From a virus (lineage: Duplodnaviria; Caudoviricetes), in the IMG/VR virus record IMGVR_UViG_3300047314_000370, positions 1 to 33,026 of that record: a DNA stretch of 33,026 nt; one strand, written 5' to 3'. Below are positions 1 through 7,888 of this stretch, in pieces. The translations under genes and the position numbers were made by a program. The notes beneath the pieces were generated by a model that worked only from the letters and a program-made list of their open reading frames with translations, had not been told where the DNA came from and searched no databases. Position 1 is the stretch's first letter. Each line of letters starts with the position of its first letter.

Positions 1-1
1 C

Positions 2-250
2 CGTGCCTCGCAGCTCAGCTACGCGCACGCCCGCCGCTACGTGCGTCAGGGCCGTGCCGAATGGGTCAAGGGCGCCAGCGCAATTCGCTTCCTCGAAAGC
101 AATCCCCTGCACCAAAGCGCCGCACGTCTGGCGCGCCAGCAGACCGCGCTCGGCTACGACCAACGCGGCATGCTGCTGTTGCGCGAAGTCCGGCGCCTGC
201 CCTGTCTCGAAGCGGAGCGGCTGTTTGCCGGGCGGAAGCGTGTCGCATGA
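2..250 (+). CDS. hypothetical phage protein, 5'-truncated by window edge
   Basis: Frame open from base 2 (RASQLSYAHARRYVRQGRAEW...) to TGA at 248-250. Confidence 0.55.
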   Translation, partial: RASQLSYAHARRYVRQGRAEWVKGASAIRFLESNPLHQSAARLARQQTALGYDQRGMLLLREVRRLPCLEAERLFAGRKRVA

Positions 251-284
251 CCCCATGAGTGTGTGCTGTCCATGAGGTTTTCCA

Positions 285-656
285 GTGGCACAGTGTAAAG
301 CGCACTCGAAGGCAAGCGGAAACCAGTGCCGACGCTCGCCTGTTCCCGGTTCGACGGTGTGCCGCTATCACGGCGGGGCTGCTCCGCAGGTGCGCAATGC
401 TGCCCAAGCACGCCTCGCGCTCGAGCAGGCGCTCGATCCCGCCATCCGCGAACTGTTCCGGCTGCTCAATGCCAAGAGCGTGCCCGATGCGGTGAAGCGC
501 CAGGCCGTCGATAGCGTGCTTGATCGCAACGGTCTCTCGCCGGTGCATAAAATCGCTGACCTGACGGCTGCCGAGCAGATGGCACCCGAGGAGCGGAAAG
601 CCCGGCTGCGCGCGCTACACGCGCAACTGTTTGAAGCGTCGGAAACGGTGCAATGA
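285..656 (+). CDS. HGGxSTG-like Zn-binding protein, probable terminase small subunit
   Basis: C-x-A...C-R...C-R-Y-H-G-G motif; GAGG upstream of GTG; ATGA overlap with TerL start. Confidence 0.7.
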   Translation: MAQCKAHSKASGNQCRRSPVPGSTVCRYHGGAAPQVRNAAQARLALEQALDPAIRELFRLLNAKSVPDAVKRQAVDSVLDRNGLSPVHKIADLTAAEQMAPEERKARLRALHAQLFEASETVQ

Positions 657-1381
657 ATGCACTGCTCGATGAGTACGAAACGCTACTGGCGGCCGAGCAG
701 AAATACCGCCTGTACACCAAAATCGCCAGCTACTACCCGGACGCCGGGCCCTTACGCCGCGAGCTCTACCCGAAGCACTTGCGCTTCTTTGCCTTCGGCA
801 AGGAGTACCGCGAGCGCATGTTCATGGCCGGCAACCGCACCGGCAAGACCACGGTCGGCTGTTACGAAGCGACGCTGCACGCCACCGGCCGCTACGCCGA
901 ATATGCGCCCTGGTGGGAAGGCAAGCGCTTCGATCACCCGATCTCTTGCGTGGTCGCAGGCGACACGAACTTGACCACGCGCGACATCCTGCAATCGAAG
1001 CTGTTCGGTAAACTGACGCGCCAGCCGGGCGACACGCTCTCGGAAGCCGTCGGTCTCGGCACCGGCATGATGCCGCGGGATGCGATCATCCGGCCGACAC
1101 CGCGCCGCGGAGCAGAGAACGCTTACGAAGAAGTGACCATCCGGCACATCTCGGGCGGCACCAGTGTGATCAAGCTGCGCTCGTTCGAGCAGGGCGCGGA
1201 GGCCTTCCAGGGCACCGAAGAAGATCTGATCTGGCTCGATGAGAATTTTCCAGCCAGCGTGTATTCCGAAAGCCTGACGCGATTGATGACCACTAATGGC
1301 CATCTGCTGATGACCTTCACGCCGATCTATGGAGTGACTCCGATCATTCGCGAGTTCATGGAAAAGGCGCATAGAGCGTGA
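653..1381 (+). CDS. terL: terminase large subunit, N-terminal ATPase part (P22 gp2-like)
   Basis: YPKH adenine-binding region, Walker A MAGNRTGKT, Walker B LIWLDE, coupling motif LLMTFTP. Confidence 0.93.
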   Translation: MNALLDEYETLLAAEQKYRLYTKIASYYPDAGPLRRELYPKHLRFFAFGKEYRERMFMAGNRTGKTTVGCYEATLHATGRYAEYAPWWEGKRFDHPISCVVAGDTNLTTRDILQSKLFGKLTRQPGDTLSEAVGLGTGMMPRDAIIRPTPRRGAENAYEEVTIRHISGGTSVIKLRSFEQGAEAFQGTEEDLIWLDENFPASVYSESLTRLMTTNGHLLMTFTPIYGVTPIIREFMEKAHRA

Positions 1382-1391
1382 GCGAGAGGAT

Positions 1392-1658
1392 ATGGGGGCA
1401 CGGTTCAGAAAAGAGCATCCATGTCTCGAAGATTGGTCCGAGTTGCCCGCATGCCCGGTACATTTGTCGATCGTGCCATGGAGCGAATTTTTGCCGGAAT
1501 GGCGTGACCGGTCATACCGCGAATCGGATCGGTCGCTAAAGTGCATCACTAGGGCCGAATTGAGCCGGCAATTTGAACGTATGCACGAGCCCGAGCAATT
1601 ACGCGAGGAGCAAGAATGGCGGGCTAAGTTTTTGGCAGAGAAGTTAGCAAAGCCATGA
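1392..1658 (+). CDS. hypothetical protein inserted between the two terL halves
   Basis: 88-aa ORF, GAGAGG upstream, stop overlaps the start of the terL C-terminal ORF (ATGA). An alternative 53-aa Cys-rich frame starts at GTG 1378. Confidence 0.55.
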   Translation: MGARFRKEHPCLEDWSELPACPVHLSIVPWSEFLPEWRDRSYRESDRSLKCITRAELSRQFERMHEPEQLREEQEWRAKFLAEKLAKP

Positions 1659-2374
1659 CCCGCGCGCTGGTCACCGCAACCTGGAATGAGACGCCGCATC
1701 TCTCGGAGCAGGCCAAAGCCGATCTCTGCGCCAGCTACCTGCCGCATGAACTGGAAGCGCGCACCAAAGGCATTCCCTCGTTGGGTCCGGGCGCCGTGTA
1801 CCCGCTTGGCCAGGACAGCTATACGTGTGATCCCTTCCCGATCCCGCCGCACTTCCCGCGCGCCTGGGCGTTAGATGTTGGCTGGAATTGGACAGCGGCA
1901 ACCTGGTGGGCCTGGGACCGGGAGAACGATCAGGACTGGATCTATCGCGAATATCTGCGCGAGCAGGCCCCACCTGACGTGCATGTCGCGGCGATCAAGG
2001 CAGCGGGTGACTGGATACCGGGATGCTGTGATCCGGCCGCCAAGCAGCGCTCGCAGGTCGATGGGCGCAACCTGCTCTCCGAATACAGTGCGCTCGGTCT
2101 CAAGATGGCGCTGGCCGACAACGCGGTGGAAGCGGGTGTGCTGCGCGTCTATCAGCGCATGGCCGCGGGCAAGCTCAAGATCTTTCGCACCTGCACCAAG
2201 CTGCTCGAGGACCTGCGCTTCTATCATCGCGACGAATCCGGCCGCGTGGTCAAAGAGAATGACCATTTGTGCGATGCGCTGCGCTACGTCTCGATGACGG
2301 GGCCTTCGATCGCGAAGGTGAAGCTGTTACCGAAGCTGAACGGAGCCATGAAGCAGCCGTGGGCTTGGGGATGA
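1655..2374 (+). CDS. terL: terminase large subunit, C-terminal part (lid remainder plus RNase H-like nuclease)
   Basis: ATWNETPHL...EARTKGIPSLGPGAVYP, nuclease motifs ALDVGW, DPA, ENDHLCDALRY. Confidence 0.92.
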   Translation: MTRALVTATWNETPHLSEQAKADLCASYLPHELEARTKGIPSLGPGAVYPLGQDSYTCDPFPIPPHFPRAWALDVGWNWTAATWWAWDRENDQDWIYREYLREQAPPDVHVAAIKAAGDWIPGCCDPAAKQRSQVDGRNLLSEYSALGLKMALADNAVEAGVLRVYQRMAAGKLKIFRTCTKLLEDLRFYHRDESGRVVKENDHLCDALRYVSMTGPSIAKVKLLPKLNGAMKQPWAWG

Positions 2375-2610
2375 ATGGTCCTTTGCATGGGCTTCGCTGT
2401 CATCTTGATTGGCTGGCACCAAAGAATCAGGGGTCGCCTCCCGAAATTAAAGTGGGCGAGCAAGCGTTACTGTACTGGAACAGACGGGAGTGGGTTCTTG
2501 TCGATGTAGTGGAGCGTCACGGCTATCGCTTCAAAGTCAAATTATCGGACGGCCGCATCGTTACTGGCATGCGGCTGAACATGCGCAAAGTCAAGAGACC
2601 AAGCAATTGA
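2371..2610 (+). CDS. small hypothetical protein, possible SH3/Tudor-like beta-barrel
   Basis: ATGA overlap with terL stop; IKVGEQALLYW...WVLVDVVE...FKVKLSDG strand pattern. Confidence 0.6.
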   Translation: MNGPLHGLRCHLDWLAPKNQGSPPEIKVGEQALLYWNRREWVLVDVVERHGYRFKVKLSDGRIVTGMRLNMRKVKRPSN

Positions 2611-2613
2611 GAA

Positions 2614-2871
2614 ATGCAAAAAGACGAATCGTTCCGCTGGCATCCGGCGCGAGCCAATTTAAAACCTATGCCTGAAACTGGAAAAGTAGAGACACTTACC
2701 GAAGCCGAGATCGACGCCTTCGATCAAAAAGCACGCGAGCAATTTGAGCAGACGCTGCGTATGAGTCAGGCGCTGCGGGAAGCCTGGAAGCCGGAACCGG
2801 AAGAACCGAAGCCCGGCTCGGACGAAGCCAAAGAAGCGATCCGCGACGCCATTAAGCAGGGCGCGGAATGA
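2614..2871 (+). CDS. hypothetical protein
   Basis: 85-aa ORF coupled to the next gene by ATGA; alternative start at ATG 2668. Confidence 0.6.
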   Translation: MQKDESFRWHPARANLKPMPETGKVETLTEAEIDAFDQKAREQFEQTLRMSQALREAWKPEPEEPKPGSDEAKEAIRDAIKQGAE

Positions 2872-3071
2872 TAACTGATCCGCAATACCGCCTGATTGAA
2901 GCGGCGGTGCGCGCGCTGCAGCATGAGGGCGCATCCGTAGACCGCGTGACGGTCGCGAATGAATTAACCAGAGAAGGCAAGCTGCAGGCGGCTGGCGGCC
3001 TAACTGCTCTGTGCGAACTGGATGACGGCCCCTGCACCTTTGAAGATTGGCTTCCTCCAAATTCAGGGTAA
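2868..3071 (+). CDS. stand-alone DnaB helicase N-terminal-domain-like protein
   Basis: PQYRLIEAAVRALQHEGASVDRVTVANELTREGKLQAAGGLTALCEL follows the DnaB_N pattern (H/Y-x-x-I...L...G..-D-x-V-T-V...L...G-x-L...GG..-L..L). Confidence 0.7.
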   Translation: MITDPQYRLIEAAVRALQHEGASVDRVTVANELTREGKLQAAGGLTALCELDDGPCTFEDWLPPNSG

Positions 3072-3074
3072 TGA

Positions 3075-3509
3075 GTGACGACTTGGGGTGTGCGCCTGCT
3101 GGTGCTTGCGGGCTTTCTGCTGCTGGATGGGCCAACGGTTGCAGCGCAGCAGGCCACGACGTCCGCGGAGCAGACGCGCAATCACCGGACGCGCTGGTGG
3201 CTGTCGGCCATAGCGGTACTGGGGGCATCGAGCGTGTATACCGGAGCCACCCGCACGATCGAACCAGCACCGCCACCACCGGGGCAACCGCCGAATCTGG
3301 GGCGCGGCGTGGGAATCGTGGTCACTAAACAGCTCGGGATCAACTTTGGCATTACCGGCACGATCCTGGCGACGGAATGGTTCTTATTGAAGTACAAAGG
3401 CAGGAAATATCCCAAGATCGAGCCCTTGTTCATGGGCCTGAACTATGCGGGCGCGACGGCCTTGAGCCTGGACGCCGCCGTCGAATTGTCGGGGAAGAAG
3501 CCGAAGTGA
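3075..3509 (+). CDS. putative membrane/exported protein
   Basis: Signal-peptide-like N-terminus (RLLVLAGFLLL...VAA) plus 2-3 hydrophobic segments. Confidence 0.65.
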   Translation: MTTWGVRLLVLAGFLLLDGPTVAAQQATTSAEQTRNHRTRWWLSAIAVLGASSVYTGATRTIEPAPPPPGQPPNLGRGVGIVVTKQLGINFGITGTILATEWFLLKYKGRKYPKIEPLFMGLNYAGATALSLDAAVELSGKKPK

Positions 3510-3598
3510 CCATTGACCGTTTCTTCGCGGTGATGTTGAGCGTGCTCGCGGGCATGCTCTTCGTGTTCGCAATCATGCTGCTGATCGGAAGGAGTTAG
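3506..3598 (+). CDS. 30-aa single-pass membrane peptide
   Basis: GTGA overlap with upstream stop; MTIDRFFAVMLSVLAGMLFVFAIMLLIGRS. Confidence 0.5.
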   Translation: MTIDRFFAVMLSVLAGMLFVFAIMLLIGRS

Positions 3599-3605
3599 TT
3601 GAACA

Positions 3606-4181
3606 ATGGCTAAATTAACGAGCGATGCTCGCAATCAATTGAAGTCCTCGCAGTTTGCGCTGCCGGGCTCGCGGCGGTTTCCGATCCCCGACCGGGCTCA
3701 CGCCCAAAACGCATTAGCGAGAGCAACACAGGGCGTCAAGGCCGGAACACTCTCGCCTGCCCAAGCAGCGACTGTACGGCGTAAAGCGAACGCCAAGCTC
3801 GGCAATCCCGGCGTCACGCAGGATCTGAATGCGCCTGGCAATCGCAGCCCGCTGACGCCGAATCAGGAAGACATAAATAATTACAAGAGCAGACCCGTAA
3901 CGACAAGGAGTAAGTGGATGAACAACAGTCAGGGGAAGGGCACGGCCGCGGACAGCGGCGCTGGCAGCAACTTCAAATCACAGCCGAAGTTCGGCGGCAC
4001 GCAGGTGCCCGTCGCACCGAAGAAGGGGCAGGCCAAAGTGTCCGGCGGCACTGAGCAGACCGGCAAGAACTTCAAGGGGCAGGCGAAGTTCGGCGGCACC
4101 GCATCGGGCAATGGCGGCACGCGCTATGCGAACGGCTCAGGATCGCACGACAATATGCGCACGGTCATTCGCGATCACTAA
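3606..4181 (+). CDS. phage protein with DUF6582-like N-terminus and Gly/Lys-rich repeat tail
   Basis: AAGGAG SD; RNQLKSSQFALPGSRRFPIPDRAHAQNALAR motif; three (N)FK-x-Q-x-K-F/V-x-GGT-like repeats. Confidence 0.75.
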   Translation: MAKLTSDARNQLKSSQFALPGSRRFPIPDRAHAQNALARATQGVKAGTLSPAQAATVRRKANAKLGNPGVTQDLNAPGNRSPLTPNQEDINNYKSRPVTTRSKWMNNSQGKGTAADSGAGSNFKSQPKFGGTQVPVAPKKGQAKVSGGTEQTGKNFKGQAKFGGTASGNGGTRYANGSGSHDNMRTVIRDH

Positions 4182-4501
4182 ACTCTGCTGCGCTGCATCA
4201 CGGTTCGCAGAATGGCGTTCAGGCGTGACTGGTACGGACCCTTTTGCGATCTGAGCCAGTCCACGATGTCAGCATCGAGGCGAATGGTTAGTTGCTGCTT
4301 GGGGCGCTGCATGCGCGCCAGTTCTTCCTCGGTGAGTCTCGGAATGTCAGAGAAGTCAATGTCCTCGTCGCGGATCGCCTTGATGCGGGCGCTGTCCTTC
4401 TTGAACTTCGGCGATCTAATGTACCGCTGCATATCTTCTACGCTCCTGCTTATGAGCTTTTCGGGCTGAGATGATGCGGCAGACTGTTTCTTCGTTTTCA
4501 T
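4178..4501 (-). CDS. brnA: BrnA-family antitoxin
   Basis: DEDIDFSDIPRLT and RPKQQLTIRLDADIVDWLRSQKGPYQSRLNAILR; GGAGG SD before ATG 4501; overlaps the brnT 3' end. Confidence 0.92.
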   Translation of the reverse strand: MKTKKQSAASSQPEKLISRSVEDMQRYIRSPKFKKDSARIKAIRDEDIDFSDIPRLTEEELARMQRPKQQLTIRLDADIVDWLRSQKGPYQSRLNAILRTVMQRSRV

Positions 4502-4703
4502 ATGTCCTCCAGGTAAATGCAATGATCAGAATGTTCCCGTCTGCAGCGGTGCCGATTGATACAAATCGCTCTTCACCTGCGGCCAAACGGGAAAACGCCT
4601 CGATGCGGTCCGGGTCCGCGAAAACAGTGCGCGCCATATCAAAATCCACGCCATGCTTGCGAAGATTGGCAGCTGCTTTCTTCGGGTCCCACTCAAACAA
4701 CAT
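4416..4703 (-). CDS. brnT: BrnT-family ribonuclease toxin
   Basis: FEWDPKKAAANLRKHGVDF...EERF...RIISARKA...ERRRY signature. Confidence 0.95.
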   Translation of the reverse strand: MLFEWDPKKAAANLRKHGVDFDMARTVFADPDRIEAFSRLAAGEERFVSIGTAADGNILIIAFTWRTYENEETVCRIISARKAHKQERRRYAAVH

Positions 4704-4741
4704 CGTAACTACAGTATAGCACTACACACCGTAACTACACA
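4704..4741 (-). promoter_or_regulatory. brnTA promoter/operator
   Basis: Extended -10 TGCTATACT (4721-4713, minus strand) flanked by two copies of CGTAACTACA (4704-4713, 4730-4739); near-leaderless ATG at 4703. Confidence 0.65.
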
Positions 4742-4742
4742 C

Positions 4743-4934
4743 ATGGAACGTCGTGAAGCGATCTTGCGGTCGCAATCCGGCCGCAAGCTGGAAGCGGGCG
4801 CAGCACTGCGACCCTCTCTGCCCACATCGTCCGAGCCGGTAGAGGGGAACGTTGCGCCCGCTCCACAAGAGCAGCAGAGTGATGCGGTGAGCGCCGCGCA
4901 CCGCGAAATGGTACGGGAACTGGGAGAGGCTTGA
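4743..4934 (+). CDS. hypothetical protein
   Basis: 63-aa ORF coupled to the next gene (TGATG). Confidence 0.5.
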   Translation: MERREAILRSQSGRKLEAGAALRPSLPTSSEPVEGNVAPAPQEQQSDAVSAAHREMVRELGEA

Positions 4935-5125
4935 TGCCACTGAAGCGAGGATCCAGTCAGGCGACGGTATCTGAAAACATTTCAGAACTGCGCCACTCCG
5001 GCTATCCGCAGAAGCAAGCCGTGGCGATTTCGCTGAATCAAGCGCGGCGTTCGCGCCTGCCCGCGAAGAAGAAGCCGCACCCGGCCGTCGCGGTGATTCG
5101 CAATCATGGCCGCGACAACGATTAA
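4934..5125 (+). CDS. small basic phage protein commonly found upstream of portal
   Basis: [19 protein letters not shown]...[10 protein letters not shown] motif; GGAGAGG SD. Confidence 0.75.
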   Translation: MPLKRGSSQATVSENISELRHSGYPQKQAVAISLNQARRSRLPAKKKPHPAVAVIRNHGRDND

Positions 5126-5128
5126 TCC

Positions 5129-7312
5129 ATGCCCGAACCGGTCGAAATAGAAACGCTCGACGTCTGCGAGCAGGCCCGCAAATGCTGGCGGGAAGCGCTC
5201 GAGCGGGAATCGGACATCCGCGAAGCGTTCGTGCGCCGCATGAAGTACCGCGCCGGTGACCAGTGGGACCCGGGCGACGTCAGTGCACGCGGCAAGGACC
5301 GGCCAGCGATTGTAGTCAACCTGCTCGAGCAGCCCGTTCAGCAGGTCATCAACCAGAACCTGCTGAACCGTCCCGGCGGCCAGGTCTCCCCGGCCGACGA
5401 TGCGGCGAATGCGGATGTCGCGGAATATCTCGAAGGGCGCATCCGGCACACCGAATACGCGAGCGATTGCCAGGTGGCGTATGCCACCGCTATCGGCTAT
5501 GTGGCCGCGGGCGGCTACGGGCTGATCGGGCTCACGGTGGATTACGTCTCCGCCGATTCGCTTGAGCAGGAAGTGAGGATACGCACGATTGAAGACCCGG
5601 CCTGCTGGGCGCTCGATCGGACAAACAAAGAACCGGACGGGCGCGATCGCCGTTGGGCAGTGGGGCGGCAGAAGTTCTCCGTCGAAGAGTTCCGGCGCCG
5701 CTGGCCCGATGCTTCAGTCGTCGATGCCTCGTTCTATGGTCTCGATAAGACCTATGCGGACTGGGGCAACGGCACCGATGTCTGGGTCGGAGAATACTGG
5801 CGGCTCGATTACCGCACGCGCAAGCTGCAGCGCTTCTCGGACGGCTCGAGTGGCTTCCTGGATGATAAGCAGTTTCTGAAACGCCTGCCGCCGGGTGTGA
5901 CGGCCCTTCCGGGGGAAGGCAACACGCGCGAAGTCGAGTATCCCGAAGTCACGCAGTATTTGATCAGCGGTGCTGAGGTGCTCGATGAGACGCCGTGGAC
6001 GGGCACGCGGATTCCGTTGTATGAAGTGATCGCGACCGAATTTTATGCGGACGGCAAACGCATCGTCAAATCGCTGATCTCGGATGCACTGCCATCGCAG
6101 CAGACGTACAACTGCTCGGAATCGCTCAAATTGGAAGCGGTGGTGCTCGCGCCCAAGCCGAAGTGGCTCGCGTCCACGGAACAGCTCGCCGGACATGAAG
6201 ACCGCTGGAAGGCTGCGAATACGTCGGAAGACGGCGTGCTCTTCTACAACGGCACACAGGACAGCCGCGGCAATCCGGTACCGCCGCCGGACTGGAAAGT
6301 CTTCGTGCCGCCGGTGCAAGAGTTCACCCTCGTCTCCAATCAGGCGAAAGAAGACATCAAGGCCTGCACCGGGTTTTTCGATCCAGCGCTCGGCGCAATG
6401 GATCCGCAGCGGCAATCGGGCAAGGCCATTCTGGCCTTACAGCAGCAGACCGGACAAGGCACCGCGCACTTTGCCGAGAACCTGGCGCGTGCGCTCAAGG
6501 CGCTCTATCAGGACGTGATCGATGTCGATCTGAAGCTGAACCGCAACAGCGGGCCGACGCAGAAGCGTGTGACCGGGCCGAACGGAGAGCATCAACTCGT
6601 AAAGATCAACGATCCGGGCGCCGTGAAACAGCTCTTACTCGACAAGGGCCGCTATGAAGTCGTGGTGAGTGTCGGACCGAGCTGGCGAAATCAGCGGGAA
6701 GCGACCACCGCCTTCGTGTCGAGTACGGCGCAGAATGATCCGCAAGGATGGGCGCTGATCCGCGATATCGGGGCACGGCTGATGGAGCCGCAGTTGGGGC
6801 ATTTCGCGGATGAGATTGCCACGCGCTGGACGCCTCCGCAGTTTGCGCAGCAGGACCCGAATGCGCCGCCACTGCCGCCGGGCGTGCAGCAGCAGATGGC
6901 GCTGGTGCCGCAATTGACGCAGCGCGTCAATGAACTGCACCAGGTGATTCAGCAGAAGCAGGTCGAAGAGCAGGGCCGCTATCAAAGAGAAATGGCCCAG
7001 GAGCAAATGAAGTTTCAAACGGAGCAATTGAAAAGTTCTACTCAATTGCAGGTGGCCGAATTGCAAGCTAAAAATGATACTTATTTAGCCCAAATCAACG
7101 CGCGCGTTCAGGTGCTGGAAGCGATGGCGGATCGCGGCCATGAGCTACAGAAGCAGGCACACAAGCAAGCCCATGAAACAGGATTAGCGGCCATGCAGCA
7201 CGCACATGCGATGCATCAGGCCGATGCGCAGCATGAAAACGAAATCGACATGGCCCAAGCCCAGCCGGCGCCCACCAACGGCAGTGAAGCCGGCGCCGAA
7301 GCCCAAGCCTGA
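5129..7312 (+). CDS. portal protein, P22 gp1-like
   Basis: GDQW...RPAIVVN..., QSGKAILALQQQ motif, long Q-rich coiled-coil barrel; 727 aa. Confidence 0.93.
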   Translation: MPEPVEIETLDVCEQARKCWREALERESDIREAFVRRMKYRAGDQWDPGDVSARGKDRPAIVVNLLEQPVQQVINQNLLNRPGGQVSPADDAANADVAEYLEGRIRHTEYASDCQVAYATAIGYVAAGGYGLIGLTVDYVSADSLEQEVRIRTIEDPACWALDRTNKEPDGRDRRWAVGRQKFSVEEFRRRWPDASVVDASFYGLDKTYADWGNGTDVWVGEYWRLDYRTRKLQRFSDGSSGFLDDKQFLKRLPPGVTALPGEGNTREVEYPEVTQYLISGAEVLDETPWTGTRIPLYEVIATEFYADGKRIVKSLISDALPSQQTYNCSESLKLEAVVLAPKPKWLASTEQLAGHEDRWKAANTSEDGVLFYNGTQDSRGNPVPPPDWKVFVPPVQEFTLVSNQAKEDIKACTGFFDPALGAMDPQRQSGKAILALQQQTGQGTAHFAENLARALKALYQDVIDVDLKLNRNSGPTQKRVTGPNGEHQLVKINDPGAVKQLLLDKGRYEVVVSVGPSWRNQREATTAFVSSTAQNDPQGWALIRDIGARLMEPQLGHFADEIATRWTPPQFAQQDPNAPPLPPGVQQQMALVPQLTQRVNELHQVIQQKQVEEQGRYQREMAQEQMKFQTEQLKSSTQLQVAELQAKNDTYLAQINARVQVLEAMADRGHELQKQAHKQAHETGLAAMQHAHAMHQADAQHENEIDMAQAQPAPTNGSEAGAEAQA

Positions 7313-7472
7313 GCCGCCGCAAGAGCGCACCGTACTCACGGCACGCATCGGGGAACTGCTGGACGAGAATCAGCGGTTGATACAGGATCTGGCAACGGCT
7401 CGCGCCGAAGCTAACGCGCTGGCGCGCGCACTGAACGCATTGGAACGAAACGAATCGAAAAAGGAGATACGA

Positions 7473-7754
7473 ATGGCAACCTTACCTGTGAACTTAGGCG
7501 ACATCGTGCAGTACCAGCCGCCGGACCCGAACGCTGCGCCGGTCGCGGCGCTGGTGATGACGGTGCATGCAGACGGCAAAGCGGATCTGAAAACCTTCAC
7601 CGGCTACTGTCTCGGCATGCAGGACGTGCAAAATGCCGAGTTTTCCGACGACGTCGAACTGGGCAAAGTCTCGAAACTCGGGGCGAAGCCCAAAGTGCCC
7701 AAGGACGCTCCGGCGCCGCGGCCAAAGATCGAACCGAAGAGCGAAGCGAAGTGA
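7473..7754 (+). CDS. small beta-rich phage protein (in-frame upstream extension possible from GTG 7284)
   Basis: AAGGAG at 7461-7466; LGDIVQY...AALVMTV...ADL motif, paralogous to the N-terminus of 8659..9105. Confidence 0.7.
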   Translation: MATLPVNLGDIVQYQPPDPNAAPVAALVMTVHADGKADLKTFTGYCLGMQDVQNAEFSDDVELGKVSKLGAKPKVPKDAPAPRPKIEPKSEAK

Positions 7755-7888
7755 GCACGATTCATCTGATCCTGCTGGTCTTCGCCTTCGTGCTCTTCGT
7801 GCTGGCGGGGTTGCGCGTCTCTCATTTGCGCGTTGACCTCGGCTGGCTCGGCCTGGCGTTTCTCACGCTGGCGCTGTGGCTGCACTGA
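7751..7888 (+). CDS. 45-aa two-segment membrane protein (holin-like candidate)
   Basis: Not in the ORF track; GTGA overlap; MSTIHLILLVFAFVLFVLAGLRVSHLRVDLGWLGLAFLTLALWLH. Confidence 0.7.
   Translation: MSTIHLILLVFAFVLFVLAGLRVSHLRVDLGWLGLAFLTLALWLH

Noticed and set aside
245-285. Clustered CATGA repeats as a pac site
   Set aside because: Too short to distinguish from chance; a pac site cannot be assigned without read-terminus data.
1379-1654. Group I/II intron, intein or homing endonuclease interrupting terL
   Set aside because: I recognised no intron core elements, no LAGLIDADG/HNH/GIY-YIG motif and no intein termini, and the C-terminal half has its own coupled ATG. Not formally excluded without a covariance-model search.
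752-1852. 366-aa minus-strand ORF, and similar long antisense ORFs such as 27995..29032 and 19012..19857
   Set aside because: Shadow frames of well-supported + strand genes in GC-rich DNA, with no motifs or SD.
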